A DNA stretch of 64,000 bases from Candidatus Poseidoniales archaeon (GTDB lineage Archaea > Thermoplasmatota > Poseidoniia > Poseidoniales > Poseidoniaceae). Below are positions 47,999 through 57,052 of this stretch, piece after piece; position 1 is the first letter of the stretch, and the number at the start of each line of letters is the position of its first letter. The stretch lies in NCBI GenBank assembly GCA_003602605.1, contig QQRW01000040.1, positions 19,283-83,282 of the forward strand, given 5' to 3'. The translations under genes were made by a program, and so were the position numbers. Below the pieces are notes generated by a model. It was not told the DNA's origin, did not search any database, and saw nothing but the letters and a program-made list of their open reading frames with translations.

Positions 47999-50900
47999 TC
48001 TTCATCAGGCGAAACTGGTCCAAGCGCTGAGCCTTCTGGCCCACACAATCGTATTTGTCCTCGAGCAAACGGGCATTGTGCGCACACATGGGATTTCTCT
48101 TCTGGCAAGCGGGAGGGTTCATTCAATGCTCCAGGGGTAGCAGAGAGTTGTGCCATCCATTCAAGATGGTCTGCTAGGGTCGAGGTTGCAGATTCGTATT
48201 CAGTTTGCGTCAACTGAACCATTCGTCCCGACGCGCCGATAAGCAGGGCAGGAGGTAGGATTCTGCGGCGCTCACCGACCGGCTTCTGTTGTTCAAGAAC
48301 TTCCAATGCAAGGGAATAGAGCGTCAACTGCAGACGGTGTTCATCCAGTATCGAGCGTTCCTCCAAGGTCGAAGGGTAAGGCACCAAGGCATCACCTTTG
48401 TATCTTTGAAGTCTACTTCCTTGATTCGGGTTTTCGGCATTAAATTCATCCCTGCACCCCTTGGTTTTCAAGTCAACAATCTGGAGGTATCCGTTGCCTT
48501 CTGTATCTCGCAATGCAAGCACCAAATCTGCTCGTCCGTCAAAGATTACATCAACATGGTCTATTCGAGCAATGTTTTGTTCACCTTCGACTGAAAAATG
48601 AGTCCGCATGAGGTCATCGAATCCAACTTTGTGCCGGAAGAAGAATGGGAGTTCAGTCCGCAATCCTTCAACACTGAAACCAAAGTGTTGCTCACCTGCA
48701 GCATATCTTCCAAGCAATCCCCCTCGTACAAGTTTACCGAGTTCAGCCAACCGTTTCGATGTCGTCTCAAATACATTTGAACTGGAGGAAGTTATGCCCT
48801 CTTCAGCCAAAACGCGCTCGATTGTTGCCCTATCATCAAGTAAATCCTCTCCATCAAAAACCCATGCAGGTGGAAGAGGAACAGACGATGGGGCATTCTT
48901 GACGCATGGATTTTCCAAACCAATCTCGACCAATCGGTGCATCAGCGTACCGAAAACAGTCGCTGGAGGATAAATGGAGGCTGTAGCATCAGAGGAAGGG
49001 TGGTTCAAAAAGAAATTCAATGGCTCCGGATTCCAACCCTTTACCTCAGAGAGCCAATGACGGCGAGGGCAGGCATAGCTTGTATCCAATGCATGGGCGG
49101 TCATCCGCATCATTTCACTCACCAATGGAAGGGGTTGTTCTGGTGCCACTACGGGTTGGAGGTCGTTGAGGTGAGCCTCTAAGTTCATCCATCGCTCGAG
49201 AGGGGTGGCTGTCGTAAGATCTGGGAAACAGTCCGGTGAGTGATAAATGTACAACGATTGAACAGAATGAGGGCCCAAGCAAGCATCGTCAATCAGGGAC
49301 CGTGGATCGATCGAAAGAGTTGTTTCCTTGTATTGTGAAAGTTGTTCGCCGAAGGTATCGTTTGCTTGAAGCCATGGCGAATGTGTCACACTGTGTTGGT
49401 GAGATAAACTTCGCAACCCATCAAGCCACATGGCACCCATAGTCTTCATCGAAGGTTTACTCTTGAATTCAATACAGTGGTTTTCTTCATCAAGCGTGGC
49501 TGAATCACTCGGAGAACCGACAACAATCAGTCTGTCCTTTACCCGCGTCAACGCCACATAGAATTCTCGCCTACGTTCTGCTTGACGCTGAGCATGGTCC
49601 ATTCGCTTAGCAAACTCCCAAAGTCCATCATCCGGTCGATCGCGTGAGGACCAAGGGTTGATTCGGCCTGCAACCACTTGAGGTGTGACCAAGACATTGT
49701 TTCGGACCGCTAAAGACGCATCTGATTTCCCAGCGTGAAACATGCCTGCAACGACAACAACGGGTGCTTGGAGGCCCTTAGCACCGTGAATCGTCATCAC
49801 TTGCACGGCTCCGCCTGATGGAGTAATAATGGCTGATGGACCTTTTCCACCAAGCGATTGAAGAGATTTCATTCGATTGAAAATAGCGGAAGCCTCGTGA
49901 CCCAGTTCGTTCCCAATTGAGACTGCAAGAGCACACCATGCCTCAGCATTCTGACGTGAAGTATCGTCTGAATATGCCAAAAGGAGGTCCGAATGGTCGA
50001 GCACCGCGTCAAACACATCGTGTACAGCACCCTGTTGTACGAGAGATTCCATGTGGCTTACGAGGCGTTGAACTGCCTCGTTTGGAGCATGTTCGTGTAT
50101 TTTCTGCCACCAACTTTTATTTTCATTTGACGACATCAGAGCATGAGCTTGTACATCGTTAAAACCGAAGACTGGAGAGCGAGCAAGAGACAACGCAGCA
50201 TGGCGGGAGTGAGGGAAGGCAATCAATTCTAAGCAGGCGAGAAGAGGGGATACGACCGGTCTTTGGAGAAGTGCACCTTGTCGGTCAGCCATAACTGGAA
50301 TGCCGCGAGATTGAAGCCGTTGTATAAGGTCAGGAATATACTTTCGAGAGTGAACGAGTACGATGATATCGTCAGGACGAACAGGAATTTGATTCGATGC
50401 TACTTGATGGTAGCCGTTCACCGAAGCATCCCAAACTTGGGTTGGGCTTTGAGTAACGAGCGCCTGCAATCGAGCGGCAATGAGTTCATTCTCAAGATGG
50501 GCCCTCTTTGCTTCGGGGTCTGCAAACGTATCAATCCTCTGTTCAAGGTCAAGACTTGGCGCCTCAACCCCAATCTGCAGTGGCAACAGCCACTCGAGAA
50601 CACCTTCACTATCTGTATCTCGAGCAGGATGGAGCGATTGTGCTTCAGCGTGCCAGTCCCCCGGAAGAACATAATGCCGTTCATCGAATACATCGTCGAA
50701 CATGCCGTTCATTGTACGCATCAAATTGTGTAAAGTTCGATGGTTTGAAGTTAAATCAATATGGCCGAGTAGTCGACGTTCTCGACGCTCATCTGAAACC
50801 AATCTTGAGTGCCCTCCTCCGTCTTCAAAACCGACCTCAATATGTTCCCATAACTGAGATTTGACAACCGACCCCTCAATTTGAGAGCCTTGAATGAAAG

Positions 50901-52947
50901 AATTCCCTGCACCAACTGGGCGTGGATCTCTGCCACAACCTTCAGCGTGCAAATGCTGCAACCTTGGCTCAGATTGTTCAATAGAATTCGCGGTTTGAAT
51001 TGCCGCCACAGTTCGACGCATCACTGTGACCTCTGCTTGACGGAATCTGTAGATACTTTGTTTCATGTCTCCGACTATGCATACGGTCGGATCCCATGGC
51101 CCTAACGGGTTCTGTGGCTCATCCGCCTCGAGTCTACGACGACCCCAAAGACGAGCGAGCAGTCGGAAGTGTGCAGGGTTGGTGTCTTGGTATTCATCGA
51201 TGATGAAGGCTCGATATTGGCGGCGTATTGTTTGCAGAGTGTAGAAACGGCGTTGGAGGTCTTCATAACATGCCTGATCGTCTCCAGCCAGACGCATGGC
51301 ACGTGAGATGTGTTGGTCCGACCAAGGCTCATCGCCGAGTCTGTCGAGGGTTTGAACCACCTCAGGGGGATACAAGTGGCGAACCATGTCTGGGCATCGA
51401 GCAAGCAACAAGTCAGCGACAAGGCGCTGTATATCGTCGTAATCATGCACCCCTTCATGCGCTTTGCGCAGCGAGAGGATATCTTGGCAGCCTCGGTGAA
51501 CAACAAGTAAATCATTGAGGACATTGGTTTGAAGTTCGTGTGAAATTCGAAGCCGTCCCTCTGGTGCAAGATCGCTGAACGAAAGATTTACTTCTTGACA
51601 GCGAATCTTAGAGCCTTCAGGTAAAAAGGGCAATTCTGAAGAGGGATTGAGTAAGAAAGCACTACGGCCGAGGAGGCAAACTAACCTGCCGAGTCGTCCC
51701 GTCAAGAGCCCTTTCAACTCATTTCCAGCTTCAAGTGCATTTTCGACAACCGCTTCCTTTTGCGATTTGGAAACTCCTTTAGCAGCAGATTTCGATAAAA
51801 GACCGGGGTGCCATCCTTCTGAATGATTCACCTGAGGTAGGCCTCCTTTCGGGAAAAAATTCGGCTCATCATCTGATAATTGACTTGTCGTTGCCCCAGC
51901 GATAGCCACCTGCCAAACCCATTGCAGACATTCACCTGGATCTTCAGGAAGGGTTTGGCGAGCCAATGCAGTCAGGTGGTTAAATCGAGTAAGGGTCGTC
52001 CCGATGTCCGTCTCACAAGCGTGAACATAACTTGCAGCATGAGCCATGTAAACATCGACCCATTCAGAGAGTTTATTTTGTAATCTTTGAGCAAATTCTA
52101 CAACAGTGTGCCGAACGGGCTCGAGAAACATATCCATCAGAACTTCGTGAGGCATTGGACCGACACCGCTCCAATCTGAACCGAGTGTTTGGGCTCGAGA
52201 GAGCATGGCTTGATACGCTTCTTCAACAAACAGGGATTTACCGAGCATCCCACTCAATACGACGGCTGAACGTTCTTGACCCCCGAGGAGAACAGCTAAT
52301 CGGTTTCTCGACTCGAGGAACGCTCCGATGTTGCCACGTACCCCTGCCTCGTGTGCGTCATCAATGGTTCGAATTCGCCAAGCGGAATGAAGTGCTTCTT
52401 GGATAAGAAGTGGCGCACGTTCTTCTGAAATCTGTTCTCGGCTTGGATGAACTGCAACCAAGTCAAGGTGCGGTGATACAAGTTGTGAGAGGAAAGCATC
52501 GATGGTCGAAATTGGTGCTTCATCGAGTGCTGACATTAATGTCTCGATGTCGCCCTCGGTGATTCGTGGGTCGAAAATACCCTCATCGTCTCCTTTTTCA
52601 AGCGGTGAAGCACGGCTTTGACCCACCCTGTGACGGATTTTTGCCATCAACTCAGCAGCGGCTTTCTTAGTGAAAGTGATAGCTGCCACTTCGCTTGGCA
52701 GAAGACCTTTCCATTCTTTCGGTGGAGTTCGTTGTCGAGGTGGTGCTCGCAGAAAACCACTTGCTTGATTCGATTCTCGTGGGCCAGGGGGAAGCAAGTG
52801 GGTCGCACGTTGTTCCGATGAGAGAAGATGCTGAACATAACGCTCTGCCATAACCGTCGTTTTTCCAGTACCTGCGCCAGCATCCAGCGCAATATGCTTG
52901 TCAAGGTCAAGACCAAGGCGCTGACTCCGATTAAATCGTATCTTCAA
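47995..52947 (-). CDS. addA: AddA/RecB-like SF1 helicase-nuclease (1650 aa) with a Cys-bracketed C-terminal RecB-type nuclease
   Basis: AGAGTGKT, ITFTKKAAAEL, STIDAF, IIDEYQDTN, VGDMKQSIYRFRQA, TSNHRT, MTIHGAKGLQAP, EFYVALTRVKDRL. Nuclease GRADLV / IVDLKTK / LQLTLYSLAL. Cys set ACPRRHW ... CAQCPFARGQIRLC. TTG start overlapping the upstream stop (TTGA). Confidence 0.85.
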   Translation of the reverse strand: MKIRFNRSQRLGLDLDKHIALDAGAGTGKTTVMAERYVQHLLSSEQRATHLLPPGPRESNQASGFLRAPPRQRTPPKEWKGLLPSEVAAITFTKKAAAELMAKIRHRVGQSRASPLEKGDDEGIFDPRITEGDIETLMSALDEAPISTIDAFLSQLVSPHLDLVAVHPSREQISEERAPLLIQEALHSAWRIRTIDDAHEAGVRGNIGAFLESRNRLAVLLGGQERSAVVLSGMLGKSLFVEEAYQAMLSRAQTLGSDWSGVGPMPHEVLMDMFLEPVRHTVVEFAQRLQNKLSEWVDVYMAHAASYVHACETDIGTTLTRFNHLTALARQTLPEDPGECLQWVWQVAIAGATTSQLSDDEPNFFPKGGLPQVNHSEGWHPGLLSKSAAKGVSKSQKEAVVENALEAGNELKGLLTGRLGRLVCLLGRSAFLLNPSSELPFLPEGSKIRCQEVNLSFSDLAPEGRLRISHELQTNVLNDLLVVHRGCQDILSLRKAHEGVHDYDDIQRLVADLLLARCPDMVRHLYPPEVVQTLDRLGDEPWSDQHISRAMRLAGDDQACYEDLQRRFYTLQTIRRQYRAFIIDEYQDTNPAHFRLLARLWGRRRLEADEPQNPLGPWDPTVCIVGDMKQSIYRFRQAEVTVMRRTVAAIQTANSIEQSEPRLQHLHAEGCGRDPRPVGAGNSFIQGSQIEGSVVKSQLWEHIEVGFEDGGGHSRLVSDERRERRLLGHIDLTSNHRTLHNLMRTMNGMFDDVFDERHYVLPGDWHAEAQSLHPARDTDSEGVLEWLLPLQIGVEAPSLDLEQRIDTFADPEAKRAHLENELIAARLQALVTQSPTQVWDASVNGYHQVASNQIPVRPDDIIVLVHSRKYIPDLIQRLQSRGIPVMADRQGALLQRPVVSPLLACLELIAFPHSRHAALSLARSPVFGFNDVQAHALMSSNENKSWWQKIHEHAPNEAVQRLVSHMESLVQQGAVHDVFDAVLDHSDLLLAYSDDTSRQNAEAWCALAVSIGNELGHEASAIFNRMKSLQSLGGKGPSAIITPSGGAVQVMTIHGAKGLQAPVVVVAGMFHAGKSDASLAVRNNVLVTPQVVAGRINPWSSRDRPDDGLWEFAKRMDHAQRQAERRREFYVALTRVKDRLIVVGSPSDSATLDEENHCIEFKSKPSMKTMGAMWLDGLRSLSHQHSVTHSPWLQANDTFGEQLSQYKETTLSIDPRSLIDDACLGPHSVQSLYIYHSPDCFPDLTTATPLERWMNLEAHLNDLQPVVAPEQPLPLVSEMMRMTAHALDTSYACPRRHWLSEVKGWNPEPLNFFLNHPSSDATASIYPPATVFGTLMHRLVEIGLENPCVKNAPSSVPLPPAWVFDGEDLLDDRATIERVLAEEGITSSSSNVFETTSKRLAELGKLVRGGLLGRYAAGEQHFGFSVEGLRTELPFFFRHKVGFDDLMRTHFSVEGEQNIARIDHVDVIFDGRADLVLALRDTEGNGYLQIVDLKTKGCRDEFNAENPNQGSRLQRYKGDALVPYPSTLEERSILDEHRLQLTLYSLALEVLEQQKPVGERRRILPPALLIGASGRMVQLTQTEYESATSTLADHLEWMAQLSATPGALNEPSRLPEEKSHVCAQCPFARGQIRLCGPEGSALGPVSPDED

Positions 52948-55900
52948 TTCACTTCACCTCCGAGCGTTGCTGAAGGGCAGATTTGTCGCACCATACAATA
53001 TGAACAATGCTTACCTGGTGTTGGATTAACGGTTCCGTTTGAAGCAGCCTTGATTGCACGGTTCGCTGTTCGAATCCGTTCCTGAACCCACGACCTGAAA
53101 CCATTGGTCGCAGTGTATTCTGTACCTGGTTCTCGGTGATGATTTTGTGTGTACATGGTTCGTTCACCAATCTCATCAGCGCCAAGGTACTTCAAAATCG
53201 TCGAGTCAAGCTCGACATAGTGGGTTGTCGATTCACCAATCTCAGAAACACCAACCCCTACAACTCTGTCACCTGGATGGCTTTGTTCCCAAGCACGAGC
53301 GTATAATCCAAGTTGAACTTCGTCAAACAGCGACTTTCTGTGCCTGTCGCCCTTGTCGGTGGCCTTTGGTCCGTTCACCGTCTTCAAATCACGAATGATG
53401 ACAAGACGATTTGCAGGACCGGGCTGTTCTAACGAAACGATTTCATCCACTTCCGAAGAAGACAACACCCCGTCTTTGATGGCTTGAGCTTTCATCTCCG
53501 GGGTCAGCAAAAGGGCGTCTACGCGGTCGACTCTTCCCGACAAATTGAATGACGATTCTTCGCCAGCATCGTCTTTTCCATCAACCTCAACATGTCGGTT
53601 TTTTCCGGATTTAAACTCCCACTCGCACGCAAGAGGAGCAACCCCTGTAAGAGCGAAATCTGATTCAATCATTCGCCCAATCCGTCCACTGGGCTCGAGT
53701 TCGTTTTCTCCCTCAAGGTACAACCTCCATTCAGCGGGTGTAACGCCAATCATCTCCCTGCAACGGTGAACGGCAACAGCATCGTATCGGGTCAACCACG
53801 GGACTTCGTCGGAAAGGTAGGTGAGAACAGCCCCCCACAACGCGTCAACTGAATCTTTAGGACCAAGATGGAGAGGAAGTGGAGAAGGGACTGCATCCTC
53901 GGCTGTTGGAACTCCGTGACTTCGCAGTAAAGCCGCCTCGGCATCGTGAATAAGTGTCCCACGTGTACGCGATTCGAGGTCTTCACTCAGCGTCTCCTCT
54001 GCCCTTGCTTTCAATTGCGTATCCATCCACGCTTTGCGTGGGCATTGTAGCCAAGATTGTATACGACTCTGAGACCACTTTTCCCGTTCAACCGAGGATG
54101 AATGCGAGCCTAGAGTCGAATTGAGAATTTCGCTCGGAAATGTATAGGCTGGTAATGGTCTCGGGTCAATCGCCGGACCTCTAGACCTGCTGTTCCTTTT
54201 CATACCAAGATGCGGCCAATGTTCTTGCTTACTTGAGCCAACTCCTACTTGAGATTTTGTTGGTTGAAGAATAATACCGTCGACGCTCAAGAGGTGTTGT
54301 CGGTTTTCCCAAGTAAAATATTCATTGTTACCAAGGTTCTTCATGGCTGGTTGGCGAAGGTGACGATCGTTTTGAAGTGACAATTCGTTAGCAATAGCAA
54401 GACTGGTGTGAGAAAGAACTGCTGCTTCTGGAGTCCCTCCTTCTGCTAATTCAAGACCGGCGCGTTGCCGTGAATCACGTCCTCGATATCCGCCTCGTTC
54501 TCCAACAGCTCGGCCATTGACCATCGACATGGTAAACGGTCTTGGGGTCAACCAGACTGTTTTACTTCCATGCTCTCCTGATGTCCAGTGCCAGCTTCGG
54601 TGAGGAGTCCCTTCTTGATGTGCCTCCAGAGGTAAAAACGAAGGCGCGCTGGAATACATAGGGAGCGTACCAGCAGTTCTGTTTTCTGCCAACCATTCAG
54701 CCAGCGGAGCACTGGGGCCGCCACCCTCTTCTGCACTTGTATCGAATACAATGATTTCTGTGCCGGCGTTGAGTAAATGACGAAGATGATGCCGCCCCTG
54801 ACGGATGGTGATGTCGGATGAAAATAGACCGAGACGTAATTGTGCAGGCGCATCAAGCCAGGGGACTTTCGATGACTTCATGGGCCATGCATTCACATCC
54901 AAACCTACGAGAAGAATCAAGTCAGCCTCGACACCAAGTGCCTTTTGAGGAGTTAAGACTTGTACATTCTTCCCACTGGAGCGAGAACGTGGTAGAGAAG
55001 TTCTCGAAAGAATTTGTTCAAAGTGTTGGATGAATTGTTCTCCACTCTGAGGAGCACTGAGATTTGCATTGCTCAACTGTTGGTTTGTCTTTTCATATAC
55101 CTCACGAACCATTTGAAGCCCGGCAAGTGAGCGGTCAAAAGCAGTTGTTCTGCTGGATAAAGTGGTCCAATCAAGACGTAAATACATTGCATCCAACCAT
55201 TCAGCACCCGTCTTCAATCGTTGGGGAAGAGGAAGTTTTTGTTGAGACGAGCACCCAATCGCCTCTCCTTCAATCGAACGTCTCGATTCATCATCAATCA
55301 ACGGAGCCCACATTTCTGCAACGCAATGTATCCACCACTGAGTCTCTTCAAGCGCTTGACGCTGACGTGTTGGATTCTCACCAAGTTGCGGAGTGGCTTG
55401 CGACAAGATAGAGAGCCAACGCGAAAGACTACCAAGGCCGCCTCGGACATGAAAAGAACGCGCTATATTCTCCAATACCTCGGGATGAGGGCGTGGCACC
55501 CAAGTTCTCTCACTGGGATGTACTAGGTGCTCGATGCCCCCGTTCACTAAAGGAAGACTGTTGTGCTCGTACAAAACACGGAGGTGCTGAAGAGACCATG
55601 CTTCCATCCCTACGCCAAGTTTCATCGCACGCAGCAAACCACTTACCGCAGGTATCTGTTCAAGTTGAACCATATCTGAGCCGCAGTTGAATCCTAATGT
55701 TTCGATTCGAGAATGCCACTGAGGCATATTCGTATCAGCAGCTCCATCAATGATCAAAACGCTACCAGAAGATTGAATCGAAAATGAGCGAAGGAGTTCT
55801 ATTGCAGCATCCATTCCGTGTTTACATCGTTCAAGGGTCACGAGATGCATACTGGTTTGGCGGTCATCACCGCGTCGAGAACGCCATGGTACATTGACCG

Positions 55901-56717
55901 GTGGCTTCCACACTTCATGATCTGGAATCCATTTTGGCAAAGTGGCTTGGTTCGTATACTCCCATTCTGCTTCGAACAGATACGCCCCATGGTGGCCAAG
56001 TCGAAACGAACCCGCACAACACAACTGATGTATCGGTCGATGGGTCGACAATTGTTGATAGAAGGAACGCTCGATCTCCGAGAAATCGGGTGCGGTGTTG
56101 AGCAAGATTATTCCATCAACATCATTCAATGTAAATGGTGGGTTATCCGAAACCTGCAGGGCTTTGATAATTTCATGAAGAGCACGATGTGGATGAGTCC
56201 CCTGTAGACTTGATTCTACTTGAGTGAGTATTTTATCAAAATCACGTGCGCCGGGGTCCTCGGCCCAACCCCAAGGGTGGTTCAGTTGAGTGAGGGTGCG
56301 GTGAAGGCTGAGTAAGCGTTCGGTCTGGAAAGCAGACCATTTTCTTCCTTCAACAGCGGAAAAAAGCAAAGGTAAATCTCCACGCTCTGCAGCTTGTTTG
56401 GTAAAAGCATGAATGACTGCAAATGTCCCGGCATCATCACCCAATATTGGAGGAAGGCCAAGGTCAAGAATCAGCAATTGTGTAAGCCGAATAAGAGTGA
56501 GATGGTGAGTTGTATCGACTGGTGTATCGGTCTGAGATAAACGAAGAAGGGTCTGACTACGGCTGGCTTCATTGGGGTGGATGAACAATACATTGCCCGC
56601 CGAACCACTCTGTAGCGCATCACTTAACCATGTAGGCATGTTATCTCCTGAATCAATTGCCTCAAGGGTGATTGATACATTCGATTCGTGTTTCATTCTC
56701 GCCCGCCCTATCACCAT
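52944..56717 (-). CDS. addB: AddB-like nuclease subunit (1257 aa) with iron-staple-type Cys set; no Walker A seen
   Basis: C-terminal RecB-type nuclease GTLIHDAE / GRVDRVD / IIRDLKT / VQLGLYARA, bracketed by WLQCPRKAW and CSYCMVRQIC (CX2CX5C). Position and order (B then A) match the bacterial addBA operon. Confidence 0.75.
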   Translation of the reverse strand: MVIGRARMKHESNVSITLEAIDSGDNMPTWLSDALQSGSAGNVLFIHPNEASRSQTLLRLSQTDTPVDTTHHLTLIRLTQLLILDLGLPPILGDDAGTFAVIHAFTKQAAERGDLPLLFSAVEGRKWSAFQTERLLSLHRTLTQLNHPWGWAEDPGARDFDKILTQVESSLQGTHPHRALHEIIKALQVSDNPPFTLNDVDGIILLNTAPDFSEIERSFYQQLSTHRPIHQLCCAGSFRLGHHGAYLFEAEWEYTNQATLPKWIPDHEVWKPPVNVPWRSRRGDDRQTSMHLVTLERCKHGMDAAIELLRSFSIQSSGSVLIIDGAADTNMPQWHSRIETLGFNCGSDMVQLEQIPAVSGLLRAMKLGVGMEAWSLQHLRVLYEHNSLPLVNGGIEHLVHPSERTWVPRPHPEVLENIARSFHVRGGLGSLSRWLSILSQATPQLGENPTRQRQALEETQWWIHCVAEMWAPLIDDESRRSIEGEAIGCSSQQKLPLPQRLKTGAEWLDAMYLRLDWTTLSSRTTAFDRSLAGLQMVREVYEKTNQQLSNANLSAPQSGEQFIQHFEQILSRTSLPRSRSSGKNVQVLTPQKALGVEADLILLVGLDVNAWPMKSSKVPWLDAPAQLRLGLFSSDITIRQGRHHLRHLLNAGTEIIVFDTSAEEGGGPSAPLAEWLAENRTAGTLPMYSSAPSFLPLEAHQEGTPHRSWHWTSGEHGSKTVWLTPRPFTMSMVNGRAVGERGGYRGRDSRQRAGLELAEGGTPEAAVLSHTSLAIANELSLQNDRHLRQPAMKNLGNNEYFTWENRQHLLSVDGIILQPTKSQVGVGSSKQEHWPHLGMKRNSRSRGPAIDPRPLPAYTFPSEILNSTLGSHSSSVEREKWSQSRIQSWLQCPRKAWMDTQLKARAEETLSEDLESRTRGTLIHDAEAALLRSHGVPTAEDAVPSPLPLHLGPKDSVDALWGAVLTYLSDEVPWLTRYDAVAVHRCREMIGVTPAEWRLYLEGENELEPSGRIGRMIESDFALTGVAPLACEWEFKSGKNRHVEVDGKDDAGEESSFNLSGRVDRVDALLLTPEMKAQAIKDGVLSSSEVDEIVSLEQPGPANRLVIIRDLKTVNGPKATDKGDRHRKSLFDEVQLGLYARAWEQSHPGDRVVGVGVSEIGESTTHYVELDSTILKYLGADEIGERTMYTQNHHREPGTEYTATNGFRSWVQERIRTANRAIKAASNGTVNPTPGKHCSYCMVRQICPSATLGGEVN

Positions 56718-57052
56718 TACAGATGTCGACTGTTCTTGAAGGCTCGCTGTCAGACTTGCTCAGATCATCTTTCGTTGATAAACTGTCGAATGCAAAAGTT
56801 GCTCCGGCGTCAGTATCGGTTTTCTTTTTTTATATAGTGTCGAAAAGAATAGTCTTCGTTTGTGGAAACATGAACGGGTCTTGTTTTGCAAAATCCATTC
56901 ATGATGACCGGCAGATTAAAATAGTAGGAGCGTTCTATTGTACCTGTTGGGCCGTAAAATATCGTTTAGTTACCTTTTTCGGATTTTTCTAAAAGAAGGC
57001 AACGAGTGATTGAGCAGCCCACAAACGGCAAACAAGAAAGGAGATAATAAGT
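56718..57052. promoter_or_regulatory. 335-bp AT-rich divergent intergenic region (addB-like <-> TFB-like) with several TATA-like elements and a Shine-Dalgarno sequence
   Basis: TTTTTTTATATA at about 56825-56836, GATTAAAATAG near 56913, GTAAAATATCG near 56954, TTCTAAAAG near 56988. AGGAG at 57039-57043, 9 nt before the ATG at 57053. TGTCGAA occurs twice (about 56784 and 56838). Confidence 0.4.
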
